Positions 1 through 10,137 of a stretch of DNA of 64,000 nucleotides are shown piece by piece. Source of the stretch: a virus; the IMG/VR virus record IMGVR_UViG_3300046820_002568, positions 64,001 to 128,000 of that record; one strand, given 5' to 3'. Position 1 is the first letter of the stretch. Every line of letters starts with the position of its first letter. The notes under the pieces were generated by a model. The model was not told the origin of the DNA, did not search any database, and worked only from the letters and a program-made list of their open reading frames with translations. Position numbers and translations under genes: made by a program.

Positions 1-889
1 CTTTGTAGGTTAAAAGCTCTATGAACTTTGACCAACTAGCATCTGCAATATGTTTTGAAAGTTTATAATTTTTAATCATTCCTTTTATGTTTAAATCTTC
101 CAGTATGATTGTATCATATTTTTTGATTAATTCTGTGGATACTTTATGTAAATTATCTAAACGAGAATTGGTTATCTTCTTGTGAATTTTTGCAACTTTT
201 AATTTTTGTTTTTCATATCTGTTAGAACCTTTTTTCTTTCTACTTAAATGTTGTTGAGCCTTTTTAAGTAAGGTTTGATATGTTTTTGTGTATCTATTAT
301 TTTTGTATTTATATCCTTCGGATGTAATTACAAAATCTTTCAATCCTAAATCAATACCGATACTTTTACCAGTTTTTTCAAATTTTTTATGTTCAGTTTC
401 AACTAAAATACTCACAAAATATTCATTTGTTGTCGTTTTTGATATTGTGCATTGTTTAATTATTCCTGAAAAATTTCTACTTAAAATTAAATCAATTGGT
501 TCTTTAAATTTAGGTATTTTTAATTTCCCATTTTCTAATTTAACAAACTGAGGAACACAAAATGAATTTCTATTATGTTTTGATTTAAATTTAGGGAATC
601 CTTTTTTAAATCTAAAAAAATTTTTATATGCGGTTTCTAGATTTTTTAAACTATCTTGTAATGATTGTGAATTAATTTCATTTAACCAAGAATATTCTTC
701 TTGTTTTTTTAGTTCAGTTAAAGACCTTGCATTATCATAATAGTTAATAGTATTTTTGTTAGTTTCATATTCTTTTTTTCTTTCGTTAAGAAAATAATTA
801 TAAGCAAATCTAATGGAACCAAAATGTTTATTTAATAAAACAATTTGTTCTTCAGATGGTTTAAGTTTATATTTGTATGATTTTAACAT
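1..889 (-). CDS. tnpB: IS200/IS605-family RNA-guided endonuclease TnpB (3' end runs off the window)
   Basis: Not in ORF track. Manual translation from ATG 889: MLKSYKYKLKPSEEQ...FGSIRFAYN (HTH), SQSLQ, GFPKFKSK, RuvC-I SIGIDLGLKDF, RuvC-II IILEDLNIKGM, IADASWSKF. Open to position 1. Confidence 0.93.
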   Translation of the reverse strand, partial: MLKSYKYKLKPSEEQIVLLNKHFGSIRFAYNYFLNERKKEYETNKNTINYYDNARSLTELKKQEEYSWLNEINSQSLQDSLKNLETAYKNFFRFKKGFPKFKSKHNRNSFCVPQFVKLENGKLKIPKFKEPIDLILSRNFSGIIKQCTISKTTTNEYFVSILVETEHKKFEKTGKSIGIDLGLKDFVITSEGYKYKNNRYTKTYQTLLKKAQQHLSRKKKGSNRYEKQKLKVAKIHKKITNSRLDNLHKVSTELIKKYDTIILEDLNIKGMIKNYKLSKHIADASWSKFIELLTYK

Positions 890-1027
890 TTAACAGATTA
901 TCACTATATATGATAAATATCTCTAAATATTAAAAAGCGATTGTTTTTTTTAAAAAATATTATTATCATTAATTAATCACCTTTCATCCCAACCACTAAA
1001 GATTTGTGGGTTTTTCGGTGGAATTTT
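1..1027 (-). mobile_element. tnpA-less IS200/IS605 (IS1341-like) element, left end at about 1027
   Basis: Minus strand reads TTTAT|AAAATTCCACCGAAAAACCCACAAATCTTTAGTGGTTGGGATGAAAGGTG: an imperfect subterminal hairpin (CACC..CCCA/TGGG..GGTG, 978-1020) right after a TTTAT pentamer. No room for tnpA before tnpB. Confidence 0.7.
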
Positions 1028-1044
1028 ATAAATAGTAAGAAGTA

Positions 1045-1929
1045 TCATATCATCTGAACCCATCCCGCAGCTTTATAAACATATACTCCATCGCTTCCGT
1101 CAGTTTGATAAACCATATATCCGATAGTTGGGGTAAGTCCTGTCCTTGTTGCTTCTGTTACTTGAGTAAGCCCATTAAATACCGAGCTTGATGTTATACC
1201 AGTTACAGAAACTGTACCTCCTGTTGAGTTAAATAAATCAAGTGTAGATGTTCCTGATGTGTAAGTTCCCGCAGATATATAAAGGCCTGTGACATTACCG
1301 ATTGATATTGTTGAACCAGTTGATTCTAAATCTAAAGTTAATGTGTTCGGATAATAAGTTCCTCCAGTAATTCCTGAACCTCCCCCACCTCCGCCTGTTG
1401 TTAGTTTTTTCCAAACCGCAGTTGAGCTTGTCGCCCCACTTATTCCTTCAACAGTATTTCCAGTCCAAGATGAAATAAAACTTATGTTCTCTGACGAATC
1501 GGCTCTTACAATTGTTCCAAATTGATTTGTTACAACAGTTCCAGTTGATGCTGTTGCCGCTGACCATAAACTATCATAATTACTAATATTAAATTGATAT
1601 ATTTGGTCGGTCTCATATACATAAACAAGCATTCCAAGTCGTCTTCTACCTGATGAAATTAAATCAGAATTAAGGACCAATGTGTCAACTGAGTAAGATG
1701 TTCCACTACCTTTAAAAAAATTAATTGGAATAGTATTTCCACTGTATTCTATAGTACCATAAGTTCCTGAAGGAACAGTATAATATAAGTCAGATACATT
1801 ATAGACCTCCATAAAACCACCAACACCATATATACTAAAATGAGTTCCATATAATGAAGTATTAGATACTGAGGGAGTTCCTACAGTTTGGACTGGACTT
1901 ATTGGATTTTTATATGGAAGTTGTGACAT
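1045..1929 (-). CDS. Putative tail fibre/virion appendage protein (Gly/Ser/Thr-rich)
   Basis: RRRLGMLVYVYETDQIYQ and C-terminal TEATRTGLTPTIGYMVYQTDGSDGVYVYKAAGW motifs, poly-Gly hinge, repeated GGTY/AGTY..TLDL units; at the distal end of the baseplate cluster. Confidence 0.55.
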   Translation of the reverse strand: MSQLPYKNPISPVQTVGTPSVSNTSLYGTHFSIYGVGGFMEVYNVSDLYYTVPSGTYGTIEYSGNTIPINFFKGSGTSYSVDTLVLNSDLISSGRRRLGMLVYVYETDQIYQFNISNYDSLWSAATASTGTVVTNQFGTIVRADSSENISFISSWTGNTVEGISGATSSTAVWKKLTTGGGGGGSGITGGTYYPNTLTLDLESTGSTISIGNVTGLYISAGTYTSGTSTLDLFNSTGGTVSVTGITSSSVFNGLTQVTEATRTGLTPTIGYMVYQTDGSDGVYVYKAAGWVQMI

Positions 1930-1932
1930 AAT

Positions 1933-2901
1933 TTATAACCCTACCCATATACCCTTAAAGGTTATGGGATATTGTGTATTATCTAAAAGAAACTCGGTTG
2001 ATGGGAATGTTGTGTAAACTCTGTAAGTTGTTCTGTTGAAGTTGTACCCAGAATATGTAAAAGTATTAGAATAAATAACTGAATCAGGATAAACATTTGT
2101 AAATGAATGGGAATCTCCCTCACTTACACCTATTTGTTTTTGAATATATCCTTGTGTTTGAGCAGTAGGTATCATTATAGTGTACCAAGCCTTATCACCT
2201 AGTGAGTTTTGTGTAATTGGTCCTGTAGTATAAAAATTATTTAATGTTCTTGGATTTCCAGCACTATCAAAACCTGATGATGATGGTGAAATACCCGCAC
2301 CAATCCAATACATTTCACTATTAGACCAACCACTAAAATTTAAATAATGATTCATCTCAATATTAAATGTTGTCGAACTGGTTGAAGGTGAGGTCCCATT
2401 AGTAAACCCTTTGAAGTTACTTCCAACACTATCCATATATTGTCCTATTTGAGTTGCCGCGGAAAAAGGCTCAACAATAATTAAAGCAACTTGTTGTGGT
2501 TGAGGAGTAGTGGAAGGAGTAATTGAAGGTGTTGGAGTAATTGTTGAAGTAATACTTGGTGTTGGTGTTGGGGTAGGTGCTTGATAACTTGGGGTTACAC
2601 TTGGAGTTACGGTATTTGAAGGTGTAATTGATGGGGTTATACTTGGTGTTGGAGTTTGGGTATTTGTTGGTGTTGGGGTTATACAGCTAAAGGTCTGGTC
2701 TTCTTGACATCCTAAAGCATCAATAATCCTTACAATTACTGTAGGACTATATGTTAATCCTGATGGTAAATCAAGGGTTAGAGGTGGCGGAACTGTAGTT
2801 GAGCCTGAGTAAACCTGTTCACAGTTTAATCCAAATCCATCACATATATAAATTACATAAGGTGACTGACCACTAATGGTATTTATAGTAACTTGACTCA
2901 T
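1933..2901 (-). CDS. Virion-associated protein with Pro/Thr-rich linker
   Basis: N-terminal Cys-containing beta domain, ~60-aa TPTPS/ITPS tract, C-terminal globular domain. Confidence 0.55.
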   Translation of the reverse strand: MSQVTINTISGQSPYVIYICDGFGLNCEQVYSGSTTVPPPLTLDLPSGLTYSPTVIVRIIDALGCQEDQTFSCITPTPTNTQTPTPSITPSITPSNTVTPSVTPSYQAPTPTPTPSITSTITPTPSITPSTTPQPQQVALIIVEPFSAATQIGQYMDSVGSNFKGFTNGTSPSTSSTTFNIEMNHYLNFSGWSNSEMYWIGAGISPSSSGFDSAGNPRTLNNFYTTGPITQNSLGDKAWYTIMIPTAQTQGYIQKQIGVSEGDSHSFTNVYPDSVIYSNTFTYSGYNFNRTTYRVYTTFPSTEFLLDNTQYPITFKGIWVGL

Positions 2902-2936
2902 CTATACTATTAAATACTTTGAATCTCTATATCTGA

Positions 2937-5900
2937 TTAGCACGCACCTATCAAAGATGAGTTAAATTGAGTACCCGCAGATGAATTTGGATTATACCAA
3001 CTATAACTTAAACTATTTGGAGTTAATTGTACTCCGTTGTATAATCTATCATAATATGTTGTTGAGTTACCGAGTACATCAGACCAATACCAATAAACTC
3101 CTCCATCTGACCAAACAACACCATTTGTTAAATTATAATAACTTCTTCCACTGAATACCCCGTCAGGAGTTTTACTTTCGGTATAATTAACAGACGAATA
3201 GTCATAATCAAAACATAGTGTAACTGCGGAAATAGTAGGTGTGACTGTCGGTGTTGGTGTTTTAGTTGTAGTAACACTAGGGGTAGGAGTATTTGTCGGA
3301 GTTACTGAAGGAGTAATTAATCCAACACATCCATTTGGGTCTGAAGATGTTATAGTTCCTGTTCCTCCAGAAACAAGATACCAAGCATATCCGTCAGAAT
3401 AATATCCGTCAGGTGCAGGAGAACTTGGTGTTGCACTAGCGTCCAAGTAAATTTTCTCGCCAACATTAGGAGTCGAACCTCCAGATACTGGAGCATATAG
3501 TGTTTGAGGTGAGGCCCAATAATCATCACATGCAAGAGTCTGAGTTGCCCCAGTTCCTAAAATATAACTGAAGTAAGAAATAGTTGGAGTAACGGTAGTA
3601 GTAGGAGTCACAGTATTAGTTGGTGTAACTGTTCTAGTTGGTGTAACTGTAGGTGTTGCTGATTTTGTGGGGGTTATTGTTTGGGTGACTGTAGGCGTAA
3701 CTGTGGCGGTTGTAGAAGGTGTTGGGGTTATTGTAGGCGTAGGAGTATTTGTTGGGGTTGGACATATTCCAAATGAGCCAACAACATTTCCACCAGTGTC
3801 TAATTCACATACCACGCCATTTAATGAATAATATCCCGACATTACAATAGTAACCGCACCGTAATTATTATTATAGAACTCGGTGTTAGTATCAAATATT
3901 GATTCGGTACCATAAATAATCGTTGTTCCTGTTCCAAAACACGCATCATTTTCAGTTAATCCAGAAGTTACCGCAAATGAATATCTTGCAATTGTCGGGG
4001 TTATTGTTGGTGTAATACTAGGCGTTATCGTTGGTGTAATGCTAGGTGTTATGGTTGGTGAAGGTGTAATACAAATAATATTATTTACAGATGTACAATT
4101 AATTTTAAAATCTATAATAATTGTAAAACTAATAGTCTCATCTCTATATCCTCCAGACCCTGACGAAACAATACTAATGGCATTAGTGTCGGCATCAACA
4201 ATACAACTAACAATGTCCGGTATAGTTAAAACCGCACTTTCAATTATGGTCGCAAAATATCCTAAGTCAGGGATGTCATTAAAAGATTGGGTAAAGTAAA
4301 ACGGGAATTGATAGTCGGTTCCGGCAATATTAATTTTAAATGAAAAAGTCGCACTACTTAAAGAACAATTTGTCGCATTTGCAACTAGTGATGTATATCC
4401 CGAGTACATCATATTCTTCAATGTAAACTTAGTCGACTGTATATTATTAACAGTTCCATCTTTAAATTTAACAGTGTAATTTGAGGCACTTAAAGGATTA
4501 CAAGAAACAGTTGTAGATGTTGATTGTACACACCCTTCATTGTTAGATATTGTGAGTGTATAGGTACCAGCCGTTAATCCTGTCACAAAAATTCCTGTTT
4601 GTCCATTAACATTTTCACTCCATGTAAAATTAAAAGGACCATCAGCATCTTTTATTAAAGCGGTAATAGTTCCAGAACTACCATCATTACAACTTGTTGG
4701 ATAAAGAAGTACCGAGACTAATTCAGAAGGTTGTATATAAATACTTTCCGTTCTAATACACCCAAATTGGTCTGTAACTGATAGTGTGTAAAATCCTGAT
4801 GATAATGATGAAAAAGTATAACTAGTTGTAGTTGTTTGGGTGGAAGTTAACCCGTTGGATAAAGAATATGTGAATTGTAGGTCATCTCTAGATGGGTTTG
4901 ATGTAACCACGCTAATTGTCCCGTCATTTCCTCCGCAATTTGTTGAAGTTGCCGAAGTAGTGATATCAAAATTATATAAATTCTCAATTACAACACTCTC
5001 ATTGTAGGTACACGCACTCTTACTATCTCTAATAGAAAGATAATAATTACCAGGACTTAAAGAACCAAAACTAGTAGACTTTATAAGTGAATTTTGATTA
5101 ATTGTTACACTATTATCACCAGATAAACTATAGAAGTATGGAGGAGTTCCTCCCTCCAAATTTACACTTATACTACCTAATAAGTTACAATTAGCATTAG
5201 TTTTATATGTGTTTAAAACAGTAAAAGTATTAGGTGAAAGTAAAGTCGCCTTAGCCGTTGTAGTACAAATTGCCGAATCAGTAACATTTAAAGTATAGTT
5301 CCCTGAACTCAATCCAGTAAAAGTAACTTGATTAGATAATATTATTTGATAATCACCATTACTTAAAAGATAATAATATGGTGCCGCACCACCTGAAAAA
5401 CTAAAAGTTAATGACCCATCACCATTAAAACATGAAGGACTTTGAGCCACATAATTTATTAATCCTAATTGCGGCGATGGATTAACAACGGTATTAACTG
5501 TCTTTTGACAACCTGAGGCATCTGTTATAGTAACACCATAACTTCCAGAGGTTAATCCTGTGACACTTAAAGTTGTTGAGCTCGTTGTTACATTATATGA
5601 GGATGGAATATTTTTAGTCCACTGATAGGTATACGGTGGTACTCCTGTCATTCCTGTTACATATATCTGTCCTCTTCCAACTTGACAAAATGGACTATCA
5701 ACGGTATATAAACCAAAATCAAAAGTTAAACTATCCCTAACTAAAACTACCTCACTTGTTCCAATACATCCACCTGAATCTTCTAATGTTGCATAATAAA
5801 AATTAGGAAATAAACTAGAAAATGCAAAAGTAGAATTTGTAGTAGTTGCACTTTTTACAAAATTATTGTTAATATCATATAATCTAAATTTACTACTTGA

Positions 5901-6251
5901 ATAAACTTGTGGGCTACTAAATAATATTGTTCCGTTGGGTTGTCCACAATTGCAGTCAGTGACAGTGTTAACATTTATAGTACTCGAGGTCGTTACAAAA
6001 AAATTGATACTTTGTTCTCCTGGAGGATTATCAGTATCAGTTAATGTAAAACTATATGTACCTCCACTTAATCCATTAACTAAGTAAGGACTTTGGGTTA
6101 AAGTTTGAGACGAAAATGTTAGTCCTGAAATAGGGTTAGTCCATGTTATATAAACGGGTGGAGAAGTTGCAGTGAAACTTAAAGAAATGGCACCTGCCGA
6201 AGTATTACTACAATCTCCAGTTAATATATAACTATAATTAATTAAACCCAT
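2937..6251 (-). CDS. SprB-repeat-like adhesin/tail appendage protein with Pro/Thr linkers
   Basis: About 7 repeats of C..G..G.I....GG..PY.Y...GL..G.Y...vtD..gC (e.g. PSCFNGDGSLTFSFSGGAAPYYY...GLSSGNYTLNVTD), then three TPT tracts separating small Cys-bounded domains. Confidence 0.7.
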   Translation of the reverse strand: MGLINYSYILTGDCSNTSAGAISLSFTATSPPVYITWTNPISGLTFSSQTLTQSPYLVNGLSGGTYSFTLTDTDNPPGEQSINFFVTTSSTINVNTVTDCNCGQPNGTILFSSPQVYSSSKFRLYDINNNFVKSATTTNSTFAFSSLFPNFYYATLEDSGGCIGTSEVVLVRDSLTFDFGLYTVDSPFCQVGRGQIYVTGMTGVPPYTYQWTKNIPSSYNVTTSSTTLSVTGLTSGSYGVTITDASGCQKTVNTVVNPSPQLGLINYVAQSPSCFNGDGSLTFSFSGGAAPYYYLLSNGDYQIILSNQVTFTGLSSGNYTLNVTDSAICTTTAKATLLSPNTFTVLNTYKTNANCNLLGSISVNLEGGTPPYFYSLSGDNSVTINQNSLIKSTSFGSLSPGNYYLSIRDSKSACTYNESVVIENLYNFDITTSATSTNCGGNDGTISVVTSNPSRDDLQFTYSLSNGLTSTQTTTTSYTFSSLSSGFYTLSVTDQFGCIRTESIYIQPSELVSVLLYPTSCNDGSSGTITALIKDADGPFNFTWSENVNGQTGIFVTGLTAGTYTLTISNNEGCVQSTSTTVSCNPLSASNYTVKFKDGTVNNIQSTKFTLKNMMYSGYTSLVANATNCSLSSATFSFKINIAGTDYQFPFYFTQSFNDIPDLGYFATIIESAVLTIPDIVSCIVDADTNAISIVSSGSGGYRDETISFTIIIDFKINCTSVNNIICITPSPTITPSITPTITPSITPTITPTIARYSFAVTSGLTENDACFGTGTTIIYGTESIFDTNTEFYNNNYGAVTIVMSGYYSLNGVVCELDTGGNVVGSFGICPTPTNTPTPTITPTPSTTATVTPTVTQTITPTKSATPTVTPTRTVTPTNTVTPTTTVTPTISYFSYILGTGATQTLACDDYWASPQTLYAPVSGGSTPNVGEKIYLDASATPSSPAPDGYYSDGYAWYLVSGGTGTITSSDPNGCVGLITPSVTPTNTPTPSVTTTKTPTPTVTPTISAVTLCFDYDYSSVNYTESKTPDGVFSGRSYYNLTNGVVWSDGGVYWYWSDVLGNSTTYYDRLYNGVQLTPNSLSYSWYNPNSSAGTQFNSSLIGAC
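3585..3760 (-). repeat. Thr/Pro tetra- and hexapeptide coding repeat (TPTV/TPTI linker)
   Basis: Degenerate repeats encoding PTPTNTPTPTITPTPSTTATVTPTVT...; similar tracts at ~2500-2680, 3230-3320, 3990-4070 and 10735-10860. Confidence 0.8.
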
Positions 6252-6254
6252 CTA

Positions 6255-9203
6255 TTAAAGACAACCAAATTGAATGTTTATAAATTGTAAATTAAATTCC
6301 ACAGATTGTATCTGAATACAATCTTGTGATTGCAATGTAAGTATATTTTTTTCATAATTAGCTGTTATACTAATATTTGTAAATTCATCCATCAAAAATC
6401 CAACTCCTTGTAATATAAATTCATTCCAAGCATCGCTTTTAATAATATAGTTAGAACCCTCATAAACTGAAGGATTACTATATTGTAATGTATATGTTTG
6501 TGAATTTTTTACTATTACTAATTCAAAACCATATTGTAACGACTTTACATATGGTACAGTTTTACCACAATCAACCTCATTCAAAATAGCACCTATCTGA
6601 AACTGTATTTCGTTTGAGCTATATGTTAAATTAACAGTTACATCGGTTGCGTTACAGTCATTTGGAGCAAAACCTCCAAATACTTGTGGTCCAGCAACAT
6701 TAAAATCTGTTGGTAGACATCCTCTTTGCATTCTGTAAACAAATTTTTGTCTGTGGAATATTGAATTTTCTATTCTGGTACCTGTGTTCCAAATAGTACT
6801 CGCAGGTATAAATTGTTCAACCAGTCTAATCCAAAAATCACCAATACCATTAATGTATTTGGTCATTGCAGAATATGAAAAATTGTTATTTTCAATCCCA
6901 ACATCATTAAACATTGTAAGATATTTGTAATATATGTTTTGTAAAGTTGGGTACCCCCCTGTTTTACCATCAGAAGAGTTTTGTCTGTGTCTTACATTTA
7001 TCATGTTTCTCCAAAAAGTTTCTTTAAATTCAAAGAAATCTTTTATTTGTGGTTTTGGATTAATTACGGTTGAATCATAATTTTCAAAAATGAAAGGATT
7101 CTCTGTTTCAGGTAATTTCGTAACACCACTATAAGGAATAGGATAATTTTGTGTATTGGACATATACCAAACATCATATGCAAGTGCTTGGGCCGGATTT
7201 AAAAATAAATCCACATTTTTCACATTTAGTAATAATCTATCGTCCGCAACTTGGTAATAAGCATCAAAGTTACCTGAAGAATTTTTCCTTAAAAATTCCC
7301 CGTCAACCCAAGATTTTTTATTATCAATTGTTTTTTGTAATTCAAACCCATCACCTAAATAAGGAAAATATCTAAATCTATCTAAATATTTTTCGCCATA
7401 ACTAAAAGGTTCAAGTGAAGTTTGGACAGTTGGGCTATCTCCAGTAAACACACTTCCATTTGAATCTATTACCTCGGGACTTCTGTGTTGTGGTGTTGAT
7501 TCAAACCATCCTGAACCTTTTTGAAAATAAAAACTATCATTGTCTTGTGGAACTTTTGGATAACCTTCATTATCGATTGGATAATCTTCTCTAGTTAAAG
7601 TAACATCAACTATAGTAGTTGAGGATGTAAAAGCCGTATAGGGGGCTCCATTAAATCTATATGTATTATTTGGGTCAAGAACAGACAAAGAACTTGTGAA
7701 AGTTCCTCCAGTAATTGTAGTATATAAAGCATTAAAGTTAGCTATAGGGTATTTTCCTCCAGCTAAGTAAACATGTTCATTAAATTCAACAAGAGCCTCG
7801 GGAGCGCCTATATTATTCATTAAAAATTCTATAGCCCTTCTTGTTCCTTTTGATTTGAATAGATATGCAGAATTTAATATTAAATTCCTATAATACTGAT
7901 AATTCAATTCATCAGTAGAAACTCCGTTTGAAAGTCCTGGAAAATTACTAGAGTTTTGTTGGTATAGTGTTGATAGAAATCCGTCGCTTTGTACTGGAGA
8001 TATATTTGTCTTCCAACCTAAAGTTTCCGCAACATTTGTTAATAATTTTGATGGGACATCGTCACCAACATTATAATTAACTGAAACCATGTGAGAAATT
8101 GAATCAATATATTTTTTACTCTCATCAAAACTTCTTCCATATATCTTTAATGTCTTATTAACTTTACCGTCAATTGTGTCAAATTCTTTTAATGATTCGG
8201 TAGTATAGAATCTAGATAATAAATCAGTTTGATTTACATCATAGCTCTGACCTATTTCATCCAAATTTTGGAGGTACTTTGTGAATGCCGGTGTTTTAAT
8301 ATCAATATTCCAAGAACCATCAAGTGGCCAGGTCACTGTTTGGTATTTAATAAAGTCGTTACCGTCAGGTGATTCTGTGTTAACTTGGAATTCAGATGTA
8401 TAAATTGGATATGAAGTCCTATTAAGTAATAACTCCTCAATCTCGTCAAGCTCTAAATTAAAAACTTCATTAACTGTGAAATCATTTGGTCTAATTACCA
8501 GTAACTGTCTTGTAGTTGTTACCCCGCTAAATGGGTTTCCTTTGACCAATATTGATAGGGTTCCGGCGGTCACTGAAGTAGTACCGGTCATATCTACCAC
8601 ACTAAAACTACCATTTGGTGTTTCTAAGATATAACTTGTATAATATGATGTAAAATTTCTATATTTGGATACTTCAAACTCTAATGAGGATAAATTAATT
8701 GACGCTCTAATTGAAAAATCTACTGAGAACGGATTTTTAACCGTTGACGCATCTAACTGTAAAAAAGTAAAATCTTCAGAAGAATCATAACTAATATTAA
8801 ATGCAGTATTACCTGTGGTATAATCAAGTCTTATTTGTGAAGATTCTATAGCTGCGGGAAAGTGGTTAATAATATTTAAAACAGCTGCCGAAAATCTTTT
8901 ACTTAAAGGTCCATAAGCAACAAAATTTAAAACATTTGTTTCATCAAAATTAGGAAATATTCTAAAGTTAACTTCATTAATTACTTGTGCTTGTACTGTT
9001 GATAATATACTTAAATTATCTAAAGTATAAGGTTGTGAAAATTTTCCAGTATCAAAAAATCTATTACTTTTTTCAGATATAGATGTGGTTAATTGGAAAT
9101 TACCTTGCGTAAGTCCTCCTCCTTGGACTACTTGTAATCCAACTATATTATCAAAAATACTACTTTCAGATAATCGTTTCTGAGGAGGACAAGTATATGA
9201 CAT
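6255..9203 (-). CDS. Baseplate wedge protein (T4 gp7 / P2 gpI-like)
   Basis: LLTNVAETLGW...YRNLILNSAYLFKSKGTRRAIEFLMNNIG ('KGT' motif of the gpI/gp7 family); downstream of the gp6-like gene. Confidence 0.65.
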   Translation of the reverse strand: MSYTCPPQKRLSESSIFDNIVGLQVVQGGGLTQGNFQLTTSISEKSNRFFDTGKFSQPYTLDNLSILSTVQAQVINEVNFRIFPNFDETNVLNFVAYGPLSKRFSAAVLNIINHFPAAIESSQIRLDYTTGNTAFNISYDSSEDFTFLQLDASTVKNPFSVDFSIRASINLSSLEFEVSKYRNFTSYYTSYILETPNGSFSVVDMTGTTSVTAGTLSILVKGNPFSGVTTTRQLLVIRPNDFTVNEVFNLELDEIEELLLNRTSYPIYTSEFQVNTESPDGNDFIKYQTVTWPLDGSWNIDIKTPAFTKYLQNLDEIGQSYDVNQTDLLSRFYTTESLKEFDTIDGKVNKTLKIYGRSFDESKKYIDSISHMVSVNYNVGDDVPSKLLTNVAETLGWKTNISPVQSDGFLSTLYQQNSSNFPGLSNGVSTDELNYQYYRNLILNSAYLFKSKGTRRAIEFLMNNIGAPEALVEFNEHVYLAGGKYPIANFNALYTTITGGTFTSSLSVLDPNNTYRFNGAPYTAFTSSTTIVDVTLTREDYPIDNEGYPKVPQDNDSFYFQKGSGWFESTPQHRSPEVIDSNGSVFTGDSPTVQTSLEPFSYGEKYLDRFRYFPYLGDGFELQKTIDNKKSWVDGEFLRKNSSGNFDAYYQVADDRLLLNVKNVDLFLNPAQALAYDVWYMSNTQNYPIPYSGVTKLPETENPFIFENYDSTVINPKPQIKDFFEFKETFWRNMINVRHRQNSSDGKTGGYPTLQNIYYKYLTMFNDVGIENNNFSYSAMTKYINGIGDFWIRLVEQFIPASTIWNTGTRIENSIFHRQKFVYRMQRGCLPTDFNVAGPQVFGGFAPNDCNATDVTVNLTYSSNEIQFQIGAILNEVDCGKTVPYVKSLQYGFELVIVKNSQTYTLQYSNPSVYEGSNYIIKSDAWNEFILQGVGFLMDEFTNISITANYEKNILTLQSQDCIQIQSVEFNLQFINIQFGCL

Positions 9204-9204
9204 C

Positions 9205-10116
9205 TTATTGTATTGTTATTATGTTTTGGAAATTTTTACTGAAATCAATGTTATTAATCCTATCTTGTCTAACTTCATATAACAATTCATTAAATTGGTC
9301 GCGTATAACATAAAGATTATATTGTCTATAAATATTGTTATTTGAGTCATATAAGGTGTAAATACCATCTTCAATTGATTTGGTCTGATTACCATAAAGA
9401 GCAATAGCCAAAGTAGACGCATCGTGTTCAACTATTTCAACTTCAACTACCGTTGGATTGAAGAAAGTATTAGTAACGATTATATTTTGATTTGGGTTAC
9501 CAATAAATGGTGTTGCATTTGGTTTTGTGGTTGGTGACGATGAAGGTGTTAGGGTTAAAAACATCAAATTAGTGGTACCTTCTGAGTATCTGTATCTTAC
9601 AGCCTTTTGTAATGTATTAGTTAGGTTTTGGGTTACTGGTTCACAATAAAATGATGATGTTACTATTCTATAAAAATTGGGAATTTTAGTCCCATCGTCA
9701 TTTAGATACTCTATTCTAAACCCTACAAGTCCTTGGTTTATAAATTTGTTTCTATAATTTGAGGGAACATCTTGTAAATTAATAATGATTCCTTTAATAT
9801 TTGGGGATGATGATAAAACACCACAATCATTAATTCTAGTTCTAATTTGTGAAGGTCTAAAATATAGTGTGTAGATTCCAAGGGCATTAAATTGGTCCGC
9901 AGGTAATGTTAAATTATACAATCCTCCTAATAGTTCAGTATCTCCCCCACCTATATTAGTATTACTGTAATAAGGTCTTAAATATTGTTGTGAGTCTAAT
10001 CTTGTTAAACTAAAATCCGAGCTTTGGTCTCTTGACGGCACATAATGTAATATTATGTCCACATCTTCTGGACTTACATCTGCCGGTCTAACTATTCCAT
10101 AATTTCCTGTTGCCAC
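9205..10116 (-). CDS. Putative baseplate/virion structural protein
   Basis: 303-aa beta-rich ORF tightly packed in the baseplate operon; no recognisable catalytic motif. Confidence 0.5.
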   Translation of the reverse strand: MATGNYGIVRPADVSPEDVDIILHYVPSRDQSSDFSLTRLDSQQYLRPYYSNTNIGGGDTELLGGLYNLTLPADQFNALGIYTLYFRPSQIRTRINDCGVLSSSPNIKGIIINLQDVPSNYRNKFINQGLVGFRIEYLNDDGTKIPNFYRIVTSSFYCEPVTQNLTNTLQKAVRYRYSEGTTNLMFLTLTPSSSPTTKPNATPFIGNPNQNIIVTNTFFNPTVVEVEIVEHDASTLAIALYGNQTKSIEDGIYTLYDSNNNIYRQYNLYVIRDQFNELLYEVRQDRINNIDFSKNFQNIITIQ

Positions 10117-10137
10117 ACTTTTTCTTTTTAAAATTTA

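Noticed and set aside
288-551. 87-aa plus-strand ORF
   Set aside because: Antisense shadow of the tnpB reading frame.
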